Below, piece after piece: positions 1 through 11,225 of a DNA stretch of 64,000 bases. Under the pieces are notes generated by a model, which had not been told where the DNA came from, did not search any database, and was given only the letters and a program-made list of their open reading frames with translations. Location: contig OZ360236.1 in NCBI GenBank assembly GCA_977017645.1, positions 25,358,001 to 25,422,000 of the forward strand, read 5' to 3'. Position 1 is the first letter of the stretch. Each line of letters opens with the position of its first letter. The DNA is from Torpedo marmorata. Taxonomy: Eukaryota. A program made the translations under genes and the position numbers.

Positions 1-1545
1 ATTCCCGAGGACCCTGAAGGAGGTTAGTGTACAAATAGTGGGCGCTCTGACAGAAATATTTAAAATGTCACTGGCCACGGGGGAGGTGCCGGAGGATTGG
101 AGGGTAGCTCATGTTGTCCCGCTATTTAAGAAGGGCTCCAAAAGTAAACCTGGAAATTATAGGCCTGAGTCTGACATCGGTGGTAGGTAAATTAATGGAG
201 AGTGTTCTGAAAGATGGTGTATACAGTTATTTGGAAAGACAAGCATTGATTAGGAGTAGTCAACACAGTTTTGTTCGGGTCGATCATGTTTGACAAATGT
301 CAGAGTTTTTCGATGAGGTTACTAAGAGGGTTGACGAGGGGAAGGCTGTGGATATTGTCTATATGGACTTTAGTAAGGCATTTGACAAGGTTCCGCATAA
401 GAGGCTCGTTAGGAAGGTTCAAGCATTAGGTATTAACGACGAAGTAGTGAAATGGATTCAACAATGGTTGGATAGGAGATGCTAGAGAGTAGTGGTGGAA
501 AATTGTTTGTCAAATTGGAGGCCGGTGACTAGTGGAGTGCCTCAGGGATCGGTACTGGGTCCATTGTTGTTTGTTATATATATTAATGATCTAGATGTTA
601 GGGTGGTAAATTGGATTAGTAAGTATGCAGATAATACGAAGATTGGTGGTGTTGTGGACAGTGAAGAAGGATATCAAAGCTTGCAGGGGGATATTGGACA
701 GTTAGAAGAGTGGGTGGAAACATGGCAGATGGAATTTAATACTGATAAATGTGAGGTGCTACATTTTGGTAGGATTAATCAGCAAAGGTCATAAATGTTA
801 AATGGAAGACAATTGAGAAGTGCAGTAGAACAGAGGGATTTAGGAATTCTGGTACATAATTCCCTGAAAGTTGAGTCACACGTAGATAGGGTGGTGAAGA
901 ATGCATTTGGTATGTTGGCCTTCATAAATCAGAGTATTGAATATAGGAGTTGGGATGGCATGTTGAAGTTGTATAAGGCATTGGTGAGGCCAAATTTGGA
1001 ATATTGTGCGCAGTTTTGGTCGCCGAATTATAGGAAGGATATAAACAGAATAGAGAGAGTGCAGAGGAGATTTACAAGAATGTTGCCTGGGTTTCTGGGT
1101 TTGAATTATAGGGAAAGGTTGAACAGGCTGGGACTTTATTCCCTGGAGCGTAGAAGGTTGAGGGGTGATTTGATAGAGGTATTTAAAATTATGAAGGGGA
1201 AAGATAGAGTCAATGTGGACAGGCTTTTTCCATTGAGGGAGGGGAAGATTCAAACAAGAGGGCATGGATTGAGATTGAAGGGGGGAAAGTTTAGAGGAAA
1301 CATGAGGGGGAATTTCTTCACTCAGAGGGTGGTAGGAGGGTGGAATGAGCTTCCGGCCGAAGTGGTAGATGCAGGTTCAATTTTAATGTTTAAGGAAAAG
1401 TTGGATAGGTATATGGACGAGAGAGGGTTATGGGCCGGGTGAGGGTCAGTGGGACTAGGTGGGAGAATGTGTTTGGCATGGACTCAAAGGGCCGAACTGG
1501 CCTGTTTCTGTGCGGTAAATGTTATATGGTTATATGGTTATATAT
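1..1545 (+). mobile_element. CR1-clade LINE, 3' part of ORF2 (RT) with stops/frameshifts plus 3' tail
   Basis: ORF pieces with YMDFSKAFDKVPH, SGVPQGSVLGPLLF, KYADNTK, LVRPNLEYC, TRGHGLRL; ends in (TTATATGG)n at 1522-1545. Confidence 0.93.
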
Positions 1546-1835
1546 CCAGTTGTTTCAGCAATGTTCAGAATCCCACTGGTAGTCTTGATGAAGTGTCCTG
1601 ACCCAAAAGGTTGACTGTCCATTTCTACCAATGGATACTGTCTGGCCCAGCTTCTTATTGTTTGTTCAATACCTATAAGTATTGTGTAATATATGGCATT
1701 GCATTATAGTTGTCATTTATGTTTGATTCAGCCACGACTGATCATTGTCTCACAGCTTTTACCCTTGGACACTGACTGAGAGTCAAGGGGGAAAAGCTGA
1801 TAAGCAGACAAGTATTACCTGGCCTGTGACACTTA

Positions 1836-3042
1836 TCAGAATCAGAATTTATTGTTATGTACATGTCACGAAATTTGATGTTTGGCAGCAGCATTATAGT
1901 GCAAATATTGCTATAAATTACATTTCAAAAGAAATAAATAGTGCAAAAAAAATAGGAGAAAGTGAGGTAGTGTCTGTGCTTTATTGTCCATTCAGAAATC
2001 CGATGGCAGAAGGGAAGAAGCTGTCCTTGTACCGTTGGGTGCTCGTCTTCAGGCTCCTGTACCCCCTTCGTAATGGTAGCAGTGTGAAGAGGGCATGGCC
2101 TGGGTGGTGGGGGTCCTTGAGGATAGAGGCTGCTTTCTTAAGACAACGCCTCTTGTATAAGTCCTCGATGGAGTGAAGACTGATGCCCGTGATGTCGCTG
2201 GTCGAGTTACCAACTCTCTGGAGTTTTTTCCTGTCCTGTGGATTGGCACCTCCACACCAGACAGTGATACAACCAGTCAGAATGCTCTTCATTTACACCT
2301 GTATAAATTTGAGAGTCTTTGGTGACATACCAAAATTCCTTAAACTCCTCACGAAGTACATCCGCTGGCAAGCCTTCTTCATGATTGCATCGACATGGAG
2401 GCCCCAGGACAGATCCTCAGAGATGTTCACACCCAGGAATTTGACATTCATGACCCTCTCCACTGCTGATGTCTCGATAAGGACTGGTTTGTGTTCTCCT
2501 GATTTCCTCCTGAAGTCCACAATCAGCTCCTTGGTTATGCTAATGTTGAGTGCAAGGTTGTTGTTCTGACACCACTCAACTATCTGATCTATCTCCCTCC
2601 TGTAAGCTTCCTCATTGCCGTTTGTGATTCTGCTGACGACCATGGTGTCATCGGCAAATTTGTGGACGTCATTTGAATTGTACCTAGCCATGCAGTCATG
2701 GGTGTCCAGCGAGTAGAGCAGTGGGCTAAGCACGAATCCTTGAGGTGCGCCTGTGTTGATCATCAGTGAGGAGGAGATGCTGTTTCCAATTCGTACTGAC
2801 TGTGGTCTTCTGATGAGGAAGACAAGGATCCAGTTGCAGAGGAGGGTGCAGAGGCCAAGTAATGGAGCTTGTTGACCAGCACTGAGGGAATGATGGTGTT
2901 GAAGGCTGAGCTGCAGTCGATGAAGAGTAGCAGGATGTATGTGTTGCTTTTGTCTAGGTGATCCTGAGCTGATTGGAGAGCCAGTGATATTGCATCTGCT
3001 GTGGAGTGATTGTGATGGTAAGCAAATTGCAGTGGGTCCCGA
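1836..3042 (-). mobile_element. Rex1/Babar-type LINE, 5'-truncated RT fragment
   Basis: [65 protein letters not shown]; 3' tail AATAAATTCTGATTCTGA on the minus strand. Confidence 0.88.
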
Positions 3043-3533
3043 TCTTTACTGAGTGGCAATAAATTAACATAAATCCAACTATCTACTTTGGGATGCCTGA
3101 TATTGAGTACACACCCACTTTCAGAAAAATAACATTGGCAAAAATTATCAGATAAACTGATACTGTACTGGACTAATAAACTGATCTGGAAGCACAAGGT
3201 TGAACGCCATTGAACACAGTTGAAGAATTAAAATCTGATTAATAAAATATATTTGAAATGAAAGTTTGGGATCAGAAACTAACCATTAAACGATTAGATT
3301 GTTGTTAAAACAAAACATCTGACTCATTGATCTCCTTGTATCTTATACAGTATATAATCACAGTCTCAAAGCAATAGAATTGGCTTTTAAATGCCTAGAG
3401 TGGTACAGCAAGCACCATGAAAACAAATAAAATGGACGCTGTACTTGAAAAATATTAACATACCCACTGTGTGAGCTGAAATTAGATGTGTCCTCACCAC
3501 TTGATGGCTTGGAATTAAATTCATACTTATAAC

Positions 3534-3929
3534 CAGGGGTCCAGTGCTGCCGGAGCACCTCTCCGGTACCTCATCGGGCCGCTCCGGCACCTCATCAGGC
3601 CCGCTCAGGCCGGCGGAGGCTCAATGCGGGATCAATGGCTGTCTTCGTCACCCATAATCCCCCACGCAGCTGGAACCGCTCTGCCAGTGCCAGCACCAGG
3701 GAAATGTGCATGCCTGTGGCCGCTGCCGCCCCCACCTCCCCACACCCCCCGCCCCGCTGAGCGCTATTTTTTATTCTGGACATAACTGTTTTTTTCACGA
3801 CCGACAGTTCGCTGTCAATTATACAATGCCAAATACAACATGGCGGCCACCAAGGCCAGGTCTCGCGAGACCTCCTTGTCGCCATTTTTGGTGAGCTCCG
3901 GCACCTAAAAAATTTGCATTGCACCCCTG
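3534..3929. mobile_element. Non-autonomous hAT-type DNA transposon (MITE)
   Basis: TIRs CAGGGGTCCAGTGC / GCATTGCACCCCTG (12/14); 8-bp TSD CTTATAAC (3526-3533) vs CTTAGAAC (3930-3937); subterminal CTCCGG repeats. Confidence 0.85.
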
Positions 3930-4802
3930 CTTAGAACTCAACTGCACACCTCGAAGCTGTTGAATTCATGTCAAATAAATAAAAAGAGAGCATCCAAATA
4001 CATTGCAACTTTCATTGAAATTGGTTTCTCACAAAAGATCTGGAGTTACCAAGAATACAAAACCAGAGAACCATTCACAGGGCAATACGGATATCCTTCT
4101 CCATCCGCTCAGATTCACTTTGTCCATCACCAACTGTTATGAACTAACAAACCTTGCTAGTACTAACAAAGGAACAGCAATGGAAGATTCACCAGACAAT
4201 GGTAAATTCAAAAATAGTTTTTATTTAAACTATTAATAACATAACATATCTTACTTATCTCTAAACTTAACTCTAACTTAAACCCCACTGAACGCAAATG
4301 TAAATGTGTGTGTGTTAAAGTCCAAACTATTTCAGTTTAAACTTAAATCTGAAAAAGTCAATTTTTAAAGTCCAGTTTCCAACTTATTTTGTTGAACTTC
4401 AGGATCCCTTTAAATTATGATTCAGAAGTTATTATAAAGCAAGAATGGAGCATTCAATTTTTTTCAAACTCACACGTCTTTGGATGAGTTGTCTTTCAGA
4501 GATAGTCTTCATACAAGTTTCCCCCTATCTTGTTAGGGTTACGGAACTGTCATCTTCAAGATGATTTCTTTCTTAATCAAGAGTAACATACGGTGATGTC
4601 CTCTTTTTTTAGAAACAATTTGAAAGTGGTCTTACTTATTTTAAAAGCCACTTATATGGTGTATCTCCTATGATAAGAATAATACACAGAGACAGCACCT
4701 CCATCCATCCAGATATCACTGCTCATAAAATAATTCTGCCTTTCCAGAATGTAAAAGTTCTTCAGACTTTAAATCTTTGTCTTTCCAAAGTGTCAGAGTT
4801 TC

Positions 4803-6500
4803 TTTAATTTAATTTATTTTATTTTTTTAATTTACAATAGGAGCTGGAGTAGGCCCTTCAGCCCGTCGAGCCAGCACCGCCATTTTACAGATCATGGCTG
4901 ATCACTACTATCAGTACCCCTTACCAGCCTTATCCCCATATCCCTTAACTCCTCTGCCCACTAGAGTCTTATCTAACTCTCTTTTGAACATAATCAGCGA
5001 ATCTGCCTCTACCACCCTCTGTGGCAGAGCATTCCACAGATTCACACTTCTCTGGGTAAAAAAATGTTTCCTCATCTCCGTCCTAAAGGGCCTTCCCTGT
5101 ATTCTTAAACTATGCCCTCTAGTCCTCGTCTCTCCCATCATTGGGAACAAGTAATCTGACTTCACCCTGTCTATCCCCTTGATAATTTTGTATACCTCAA
5201 TCATGTCCCCCCTCATCCTTCTAAACTCCATCGGATATAAGTCCAGTTTTTCTAACCTTTCAGCATATGTCAACCCTGCCATCCCTGGAACTAACCTTGT
5301 AAATCTGCGCTGCACACCCTCTATAGCTAGTATGTCCTTCCTCAAATTTGGAGACCAGAACTGGACGCAATACTCCAGGTGGGGTCTCACCAGGGCCCTG
5401 TACAACTGCAGAAGGGCGTCTCTGCTCCTATACTCCAATCCCCTCTTTATGAAAGCCAACATGCCATTTGCCTTCTTCACAGCTTTCTGAACCTGCATGT
5501 TAGCCTTCAGTGACCGGTGAACAAGTACACCCAGATCCATTTGCACTTCCCCACTCCCTAGCTTGTCTCCATTTAAATAATACTCAGCTTTCCTATTACT
5601 GCCCCCAAAATGGATAACCTCACATTTGCTCACATTGAACTTCATCTTCCATTCTTCAGCCCACTCCCCCAACCTGTCCAAGTACCTCTGCATTTTCCTG
5701 ACATCCTCTTCACACTTTACACCGCCACCCAGTTTAGTGTCATCTGCAAATTTGTTCATGTTATTAATAATCCCATCATCCAAATCATTTACATAAATGA
5801 CAAACAACTGAGGACCCAACACCGATCCCTGCGGCACTCCACTCGTCACATCCTGCCATCCTGAAAAAGACCCGCTTACCCCAACCCTTTGTTTCCTATT
5901 TCTTAACCAACTTCCTATCCACGTCAGTACCTTACCTTCAATACCATGCTCCCTGATCTTGCCCACTAGTCTCCCGTGCGGTACCTTATCAAAGGCCTTC
6001 TGGAAGTCCAAATACACCACATCCACTGGCTCTCCCAAGTCCACCCTTTTTGTCACATCTTCGAAAAATTCCAGAAGGTTAGTCAAGCATGACTTACCCT
6101 TAAGGAATCCATGCTGACTAGCCCTTATACTATTATTTCTGCCTAAGTGTTCTGCTATTACTCCTTTTATGATAGATTCCAATATCTTCCCCACCACTGA
6201 CGTCAGGCTGACCGGTCTATAATTTCCCGTTTTCTCCCTACCTCCCTTCTTAAAAAGCGGCACCACATCAGCCACTCTCCAATCCACAGGGACCTCCCCC
6301 GAATCTATGGAGCTTTGGAAAATGTCGACCAGTGCCTCCACAATTTCCAGAGCAACCTCTTTAAGCACCCTGGGATGCAGCCCATCAGGCCCTGGGGATT
6401 TATCAGCCCTCAGTCCCAACAATTTACTCACAACCTCCTGCTTCTGGATCCGAATATCTATCAGATTCCCTACTTCCCCAGGAAAGTTCCCCAAGTCTCT
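4803..6500 (-). mobile_element. CR1 LINE, 5'-truncated, young
   Basis: Uninterrupted RT reading frame, CR1 3' UTR, CTATTGT end followed by an A-rich tail. Confidence 0.93.
4911..6500 (-). CDS. CR1 ORF2 reverse transcriptase, C-terminal ~530 aa, open (the ORF-track N-terminus runs into flank)
   Basis: KSPGPDGLHPRVLKE, NYRPVSLTS, YLDFQKAFDKVPH, GVPQGSVLGP, KFADDTK. Confidence 0.85.
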   Translation of the reverse strand, partial: RDLGNFPGEVGNLIDIRIQKQEVVSKLLGLRADKSPGPDGLHPRVLKEVALEIVEALVDIFQSSIDSGEVPVDWRVADVVPLFKKGGREKTGNYRPVSLTSVVGKILESIIKGVIAEHLGRNNSIRASQHGFLKGKSCLTNLLEFFEDVTKRVDLGEPVDVVYLDFQKAFDKVPHGRLVGKIREHGIEGKVLTWIGSWLRNRKQRVGVSGSFSGWQDVTSGVPQGSVLGPQLFVIYVNDLDDGIINNMNKFADDTKLGGGVKCEEDVRKMQRYLDRLGEWAEEWKMKFNVSKCEVIHFGGSNRKAEYYLNGDKLGSGEVQMDLGVLVHRSLKANMQVQKAVKKANGMLAFIKRGLEYRSRDALLQLYRALVRPHLEYCVQFWSPNLRKDILAIEGVQRRFTRLVPGMAGLTYAERLEKLDLYPMEFRRMRGDMIEVYKIIKGIDRVKSDYLFPMMGETRTRGHSLRIQGRPFRTEMRKHFFTQRSVNLWNALPQRVVEADSLIMFKRELDKTLVGRGVKGYGDKAGKGY

Positions 6501-8469
6501 TGAGTTTGCAACAGCTGCTATCATAAGGCTTTTAAAAACCACACATTGTCCTTAAATCACTTAAATGCACTTCTGTTTCATTATTGGCTTTTTTCTTCTT
6601 AGACGCAGCGACTCCAAACTGAACTCTCTCTCTGAGTAATGTTTTTTTTTCCTGCAAATGTGCTGTGACCTGTGTGAGAACCCTGTACCAGCCCACAACT
6701 AACCTTACTTACTAAGATATATAATTCTATAACTTAACTTTAAATATGAATATTAACATTAACTCATCTGTTACACCAACTGATCATAGATTGTGGCTGT
6801 ACACAAATCACTCCTTCTTGTAATCAGAATAGCTAACAATAAACTCACATTCACAACAGCCAACCCAAGCAATGCAGTAAAGTACAAATGATCCATCCTC
6901 CAATCAGCAGGTATCACAGTTTCCTTCAGCTGTACAACATCTTACCATCCTCTATAATCCATCTCACTGAGCAAAAAGCATGATGCAACCTTTTTCCTCC
7001 AAAGAGCAGAAATGAGAACCAACAGAATCAACTTCCAGCCTTTCAGCATTGCCGTGAACTAAAAACTCATCCTCCATAATATTAAAAGAAAATTGGGCTC
7101 TATTCCATACCCATTATTTTCCATTGTCCCTTCTCCTTCCTGGACATTGATCTTTCATCATTGGAGTTACTCAAAAATGGAGTTTGTAAACATCTGAGAG
7201 AGACCAGCTCAATTGCGATCCGAAATGGAAAAGAATTATAACTGCAAATGCTGGAATCTAAAATAAAGACACAAAATACTGAAATAACTCAGTCAAGCAA
7301 GATTCCTGGAGAGTGAAACCAGTTAATATTTGGGTAAAGGACTCAAAAGGAAGGTCTGAGTAAAGGTTCCTGACCCAAAAAGTTAACAGATTTCATTTTC
7401 CATCGATGCTGCTTTACTGGCCGAGGTCCTCCAGTCTTTCTGTTTTGGTTTTAATTATGAACTAGAGGAACAGGCTATTTTACAAACAAAACATAATGAA
7501 GAAAAATGCACGTTTTAATGGACTTCGATTGACTTCCTTTGACTCCTAACTTTTAGAATTTTTTTTCTTTAGATATGGGTCCAATTTAGTTTTAAAATTA
7601 GCTGCATTTGGGGTGAATGGCATTCACTCATACAGACCTCAAGAGTCTACTTTAGCCCCCTTCTGTAAAAAATCACACCGAGGATTCTACCCTCTTCCTG
7701 ATTCAGATTGGAAACTTCCAGATTACAATTTTCTTTCTTTTTTTTTTAAGATCAACTACAGAAAATTCATTCCTTTTACTGTACTTCTGAATGAAATTGA
7801 TGCAGGTGTGTTGCAATTTCATCTTGGATAATCCAACCCAAAATGCTAATTTCAGTAACAGGTCAAGGGAAAGATGATATCACATCACCTCAAGGTTTTG
7901 GTGAAGGTTATCTCTGTTAATTTCTGTCATAAAAAGTGGACATAGAAATGTACAAAGATATAAAGAAGTTACTAATTCAACATTCATGTTTCATTTGAAT
8001 AAGACAGCCCAAGAGACTGGAAAATAGTTCAGGTTTTCACACTTGAAAATGAAAGTAGTTCAGGAAGCAATTAGAACAGAAGTAGAACACCTACAAAATC
8101 AGCATGGTGGAAAATGGAACCCAAAGTATGAAGGTAAATAAATGGGTTATACACAAGAAAGAAATAAAAGCATAATTGTGCAGAAAGAAAAAAAATCAAA
8201 TAAGAAAACCAGGAAAAATACAAAAGTCAGTGTCCAAAAATGACATACTATTGATTGCAAAGGTTGAAGAGTTCCAAGAGTTAATAATTATGGAGAATGT
8301 GAGATAGTAGCTTCAGTGGAGATGACAAGTTTTGAACAGGACTGGTAAAATACTGTTGATTATAACATTCATCACAGGAGAAATGGACAGAGAGGAGAAA
8401 GGATAATTTGGCAATATTAAATATTCCATCACAGTACTAGAACACAAACATCCTACAGCAACAATAAGG

Positions 8470-9000
8470 ACCTCCCAGTGGCCAACCATTTTAATTCCAC
8501 ACATCATTCTCACACTGACATATCTGTCCACAAGGCAACTTGCAAATTGGAAGAACAACGCTTTATATTCCAACTCGGTAGTTTCCAACAAACCACATCA
8601 ACATCGACTTCTCCAATTTCCGTCACCACCCTCCCCTGGTCTCTCTCTTTCCCTACCATTTGTTCCCTTTCCTCCAGCTCCCCACTCCTTTCCTTCATTC
8701 TCCCATCAGAGCTACCATTCTTCACCCTCTGTCCTCTTCCCCCGTCACTTCTCGGCTTGTTTCTCTTCTACCCGCTCACCTATTACCCGTTAGCCTGTGC
8801 TCTTTCCCCTTCCTCCCCTCCTCGCCCCCTCTCTCCACATTTTTATTCCGGCGTCTACCTGTTTTTCCACATTACCAATGTGAAAAGGCCCAAAACGTTG
8901 ATTGCCTTTTACTTCTTATGGATGCTGCGTGACCTGCTGAGTTTCTCCAGCACTTTTGTGTATTGCACTAGACCCCAGCATCTGCAGATTTCCTTGTTAA
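8470..9000 (+). mobile_element. Penelope-like element 3' fragment
   Basis: VANHFNS..HSHTD..KLEEQ..IFQLG tail, pyrimidine-rich UTR, end GACCTGCTGAGTTTCTCCAGCA shared with the other copies. Confidence 0.75.
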
Positions 9001-10906
9001 ACATCCTACAGTTCGCGTTTAGACTGAATTCCTGGAGATGGAGCTATGAAATTAGAAGGAAAGTGGTACAATTATTTATGTATCCTGACCCAAGTACAAG
9101 CAATATACATAAAGTAAGGATGAAGATCAGCCAACAACACATTCAGGTGTGCAAAATCAATTAAATAAATCTGGGAGAGTTCAACTTTTTCTATGTAGAT
9201 TGAAATAAACAGAATGTAACAACTTCTTTTTAAACAGCCCCCTGAAATGTCCCAACTACATTGTACAAAAAAATGAAACTGAACAAAGTATCAGGGAGTT
9301 TTAAGGAACATCTTAAAGGAGATAAACATTCTAAAACACAGTAAATCAAGATAAATAAGTTTCTGGTCTGTGACCTAGCCAGCGGAGTGAAATCAATCAT
9401 AGCTCTGACTCCTTCAGTTTGCAAATTGTGCTGCAGAAATAGCGCAGTCTGCAAAAAAGGAAAGTTAAAATGGATAAATGTAAACCGGTCATTTTAATTA
9501 TGGGTGAAGAATTGAAAGCAATTTTATCAGAAATTATTGATGTTTTTAAAAGGAGAATGCTTCACCATTATAAAAATCAAAAACTATAAATCAATGATTC
9601 CTTTTGATAAACAAAGGGAATTATATATTTTTTAAATGTCAGATGGCTTGTGAAAATATTTCCCACAAGAGAATTTGGATAAATTCAACCACACAGGAGA
9701 AGAGGAATATCTGGAAAGCTAGCTGATGTCCAAGCAACAGAATTAGAGTAAGTGACTCAGATGGGAGAACAAATGGATGTAGTGCAACCCAACAATGAAT
9801 GCTGTGTTTCCTGTACTTGGTTAACATGGAAGCTTTGGTTTTGGGTATATAAAATGCAATCTCCATACCTGATGGCAAAACTAAGAAGTTTTAAAATCAC
9901 TGAGGACTGCGAAATAATGTAATTATGATCATCTATCCTGAAATGATCTGCAGAGAAACAAGAAAGTACAAGTGTGAGGCGTCATGGTGGGCAATGGAAG
10001 TTGTATTGATTGCATGTGCTCTGACTGAAATAATTACGGAACTTCACTGTTCCTTATTTCAAGCGATAGGCAGTATGTAAAAGAAACCCATCAGACCACT
10101 TGGTGAACTTCAACTTTAATAATCACCATTGATCTTACTTGAATTTCCAGTGATTCTAACCATGAACATGATACGTTTTTGCAAGACCTGAAACAGTCTG
10201 TTTTACACTCATTTTATCGGTATGAACTGAGGAAGACTTAAATGCCCCTGATGTAAATGTTTACTCTCCAAGAGTAAAAAAAAACATGCACCTTTGGCAT
10301 ACAATATAAAACAGAAGATAATCTTGTGTAAAAATTATTCTTTGAGACCCAGTGATCCAAATTGACAATTTAAAATCATTATGAAACTTGCATTGGAAAA
10401 GAGGCTTAGATAGGAGACTAAGATTGATGTAATATTTTTCAGACTAAAGCACGGTGCTAGTGAAATGGTTTAACCTGTAGATGCCATTCACTTTAATGTT
10501 GGAAAATACAGTAAAAATCAGTTTTGAATGATACCTCCCAATTCTTCTGCAAAAAATAGATTAAAACCATCACACCTGAAATGGTTTGAAGTAGAATTGA
10601 TTTACTATTCTTCAGATGGCTCTGAGTAGTTAGATTAAGACTGAATTTCAAATTTTAGATCTCTGTACTCAGTTTATCATGAAAATAATCAAGCTAAAGT
10701 GTCAAGGCAAGAGTTTATTTATTACCATATAAGGCAAAGCCTCTTTGAGTAACTGCAGCAAATGCATGCATTTTTATGTCAGAAGACAAACATATTTTTA
10801 GCACCTGAAGTGTTTCTGTCTACCAGCCAGATTCAGTCATTTAAATGGGTCAACACCAAACTTTTTCTTGTATGGACAACAAATAAGAATACTTAAAGTA
10901 TACTTA

Positions 10907-11225
10907 CCGTATACACTCGTGTAAAAGTCGACACCGAATAAAAGTCAACACCCCCCCTATTTTTGGCCCAAAAATCCTGCATTTTCCATATATCGCGTGT
11001 AAAAGTCGGTCCACCCCCTATTTTTGGCCTTGGCCGCCCGCCCATTGGAGCACCCGACGCCTTGAACCCGGACTCTCGTCTAGGCCCCGGTCGCCAGTCT
11101 ATCGGAGCTCCCGGCACCTCGAACGACACAGGTACTTACCGCGGTCAAAAGTAGTATCCATGTAATAGTCGAACCCATAAATTTAACGTTGACAAATGGT
11201 ATAAAAAATTCTGGAGTATATTCAG
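10907..11225. mobile_element. Tc1/mariner (pogo/Tc2-like) MITE
   Basis: TA|CCGTATACACTCGTG ... GGAGTATATTCAG|TA degenerate TIRs; repeated TAAAAGTCG motifs; related copy at 63805. Confidence 0.7.

Larger units (their letters stand above)
4135..6775. mobile_element. Solo LTR (about 0.95 kb net) interrupted by a CR1 insertion
   Basis: Starts TGTTA, ends TTACA; 5-bp TSD CCAAC at 4130-4134 and 6776-6780; no coding content outside the CR1. Confidence 0.65.

Noticed and set aside
8478-9164. 228-aa ORF with a hydrophobic, membrane-like stretch
   Set aside because: Read-through of a Penelope C-terminus into its pyrimidine-rich UTR
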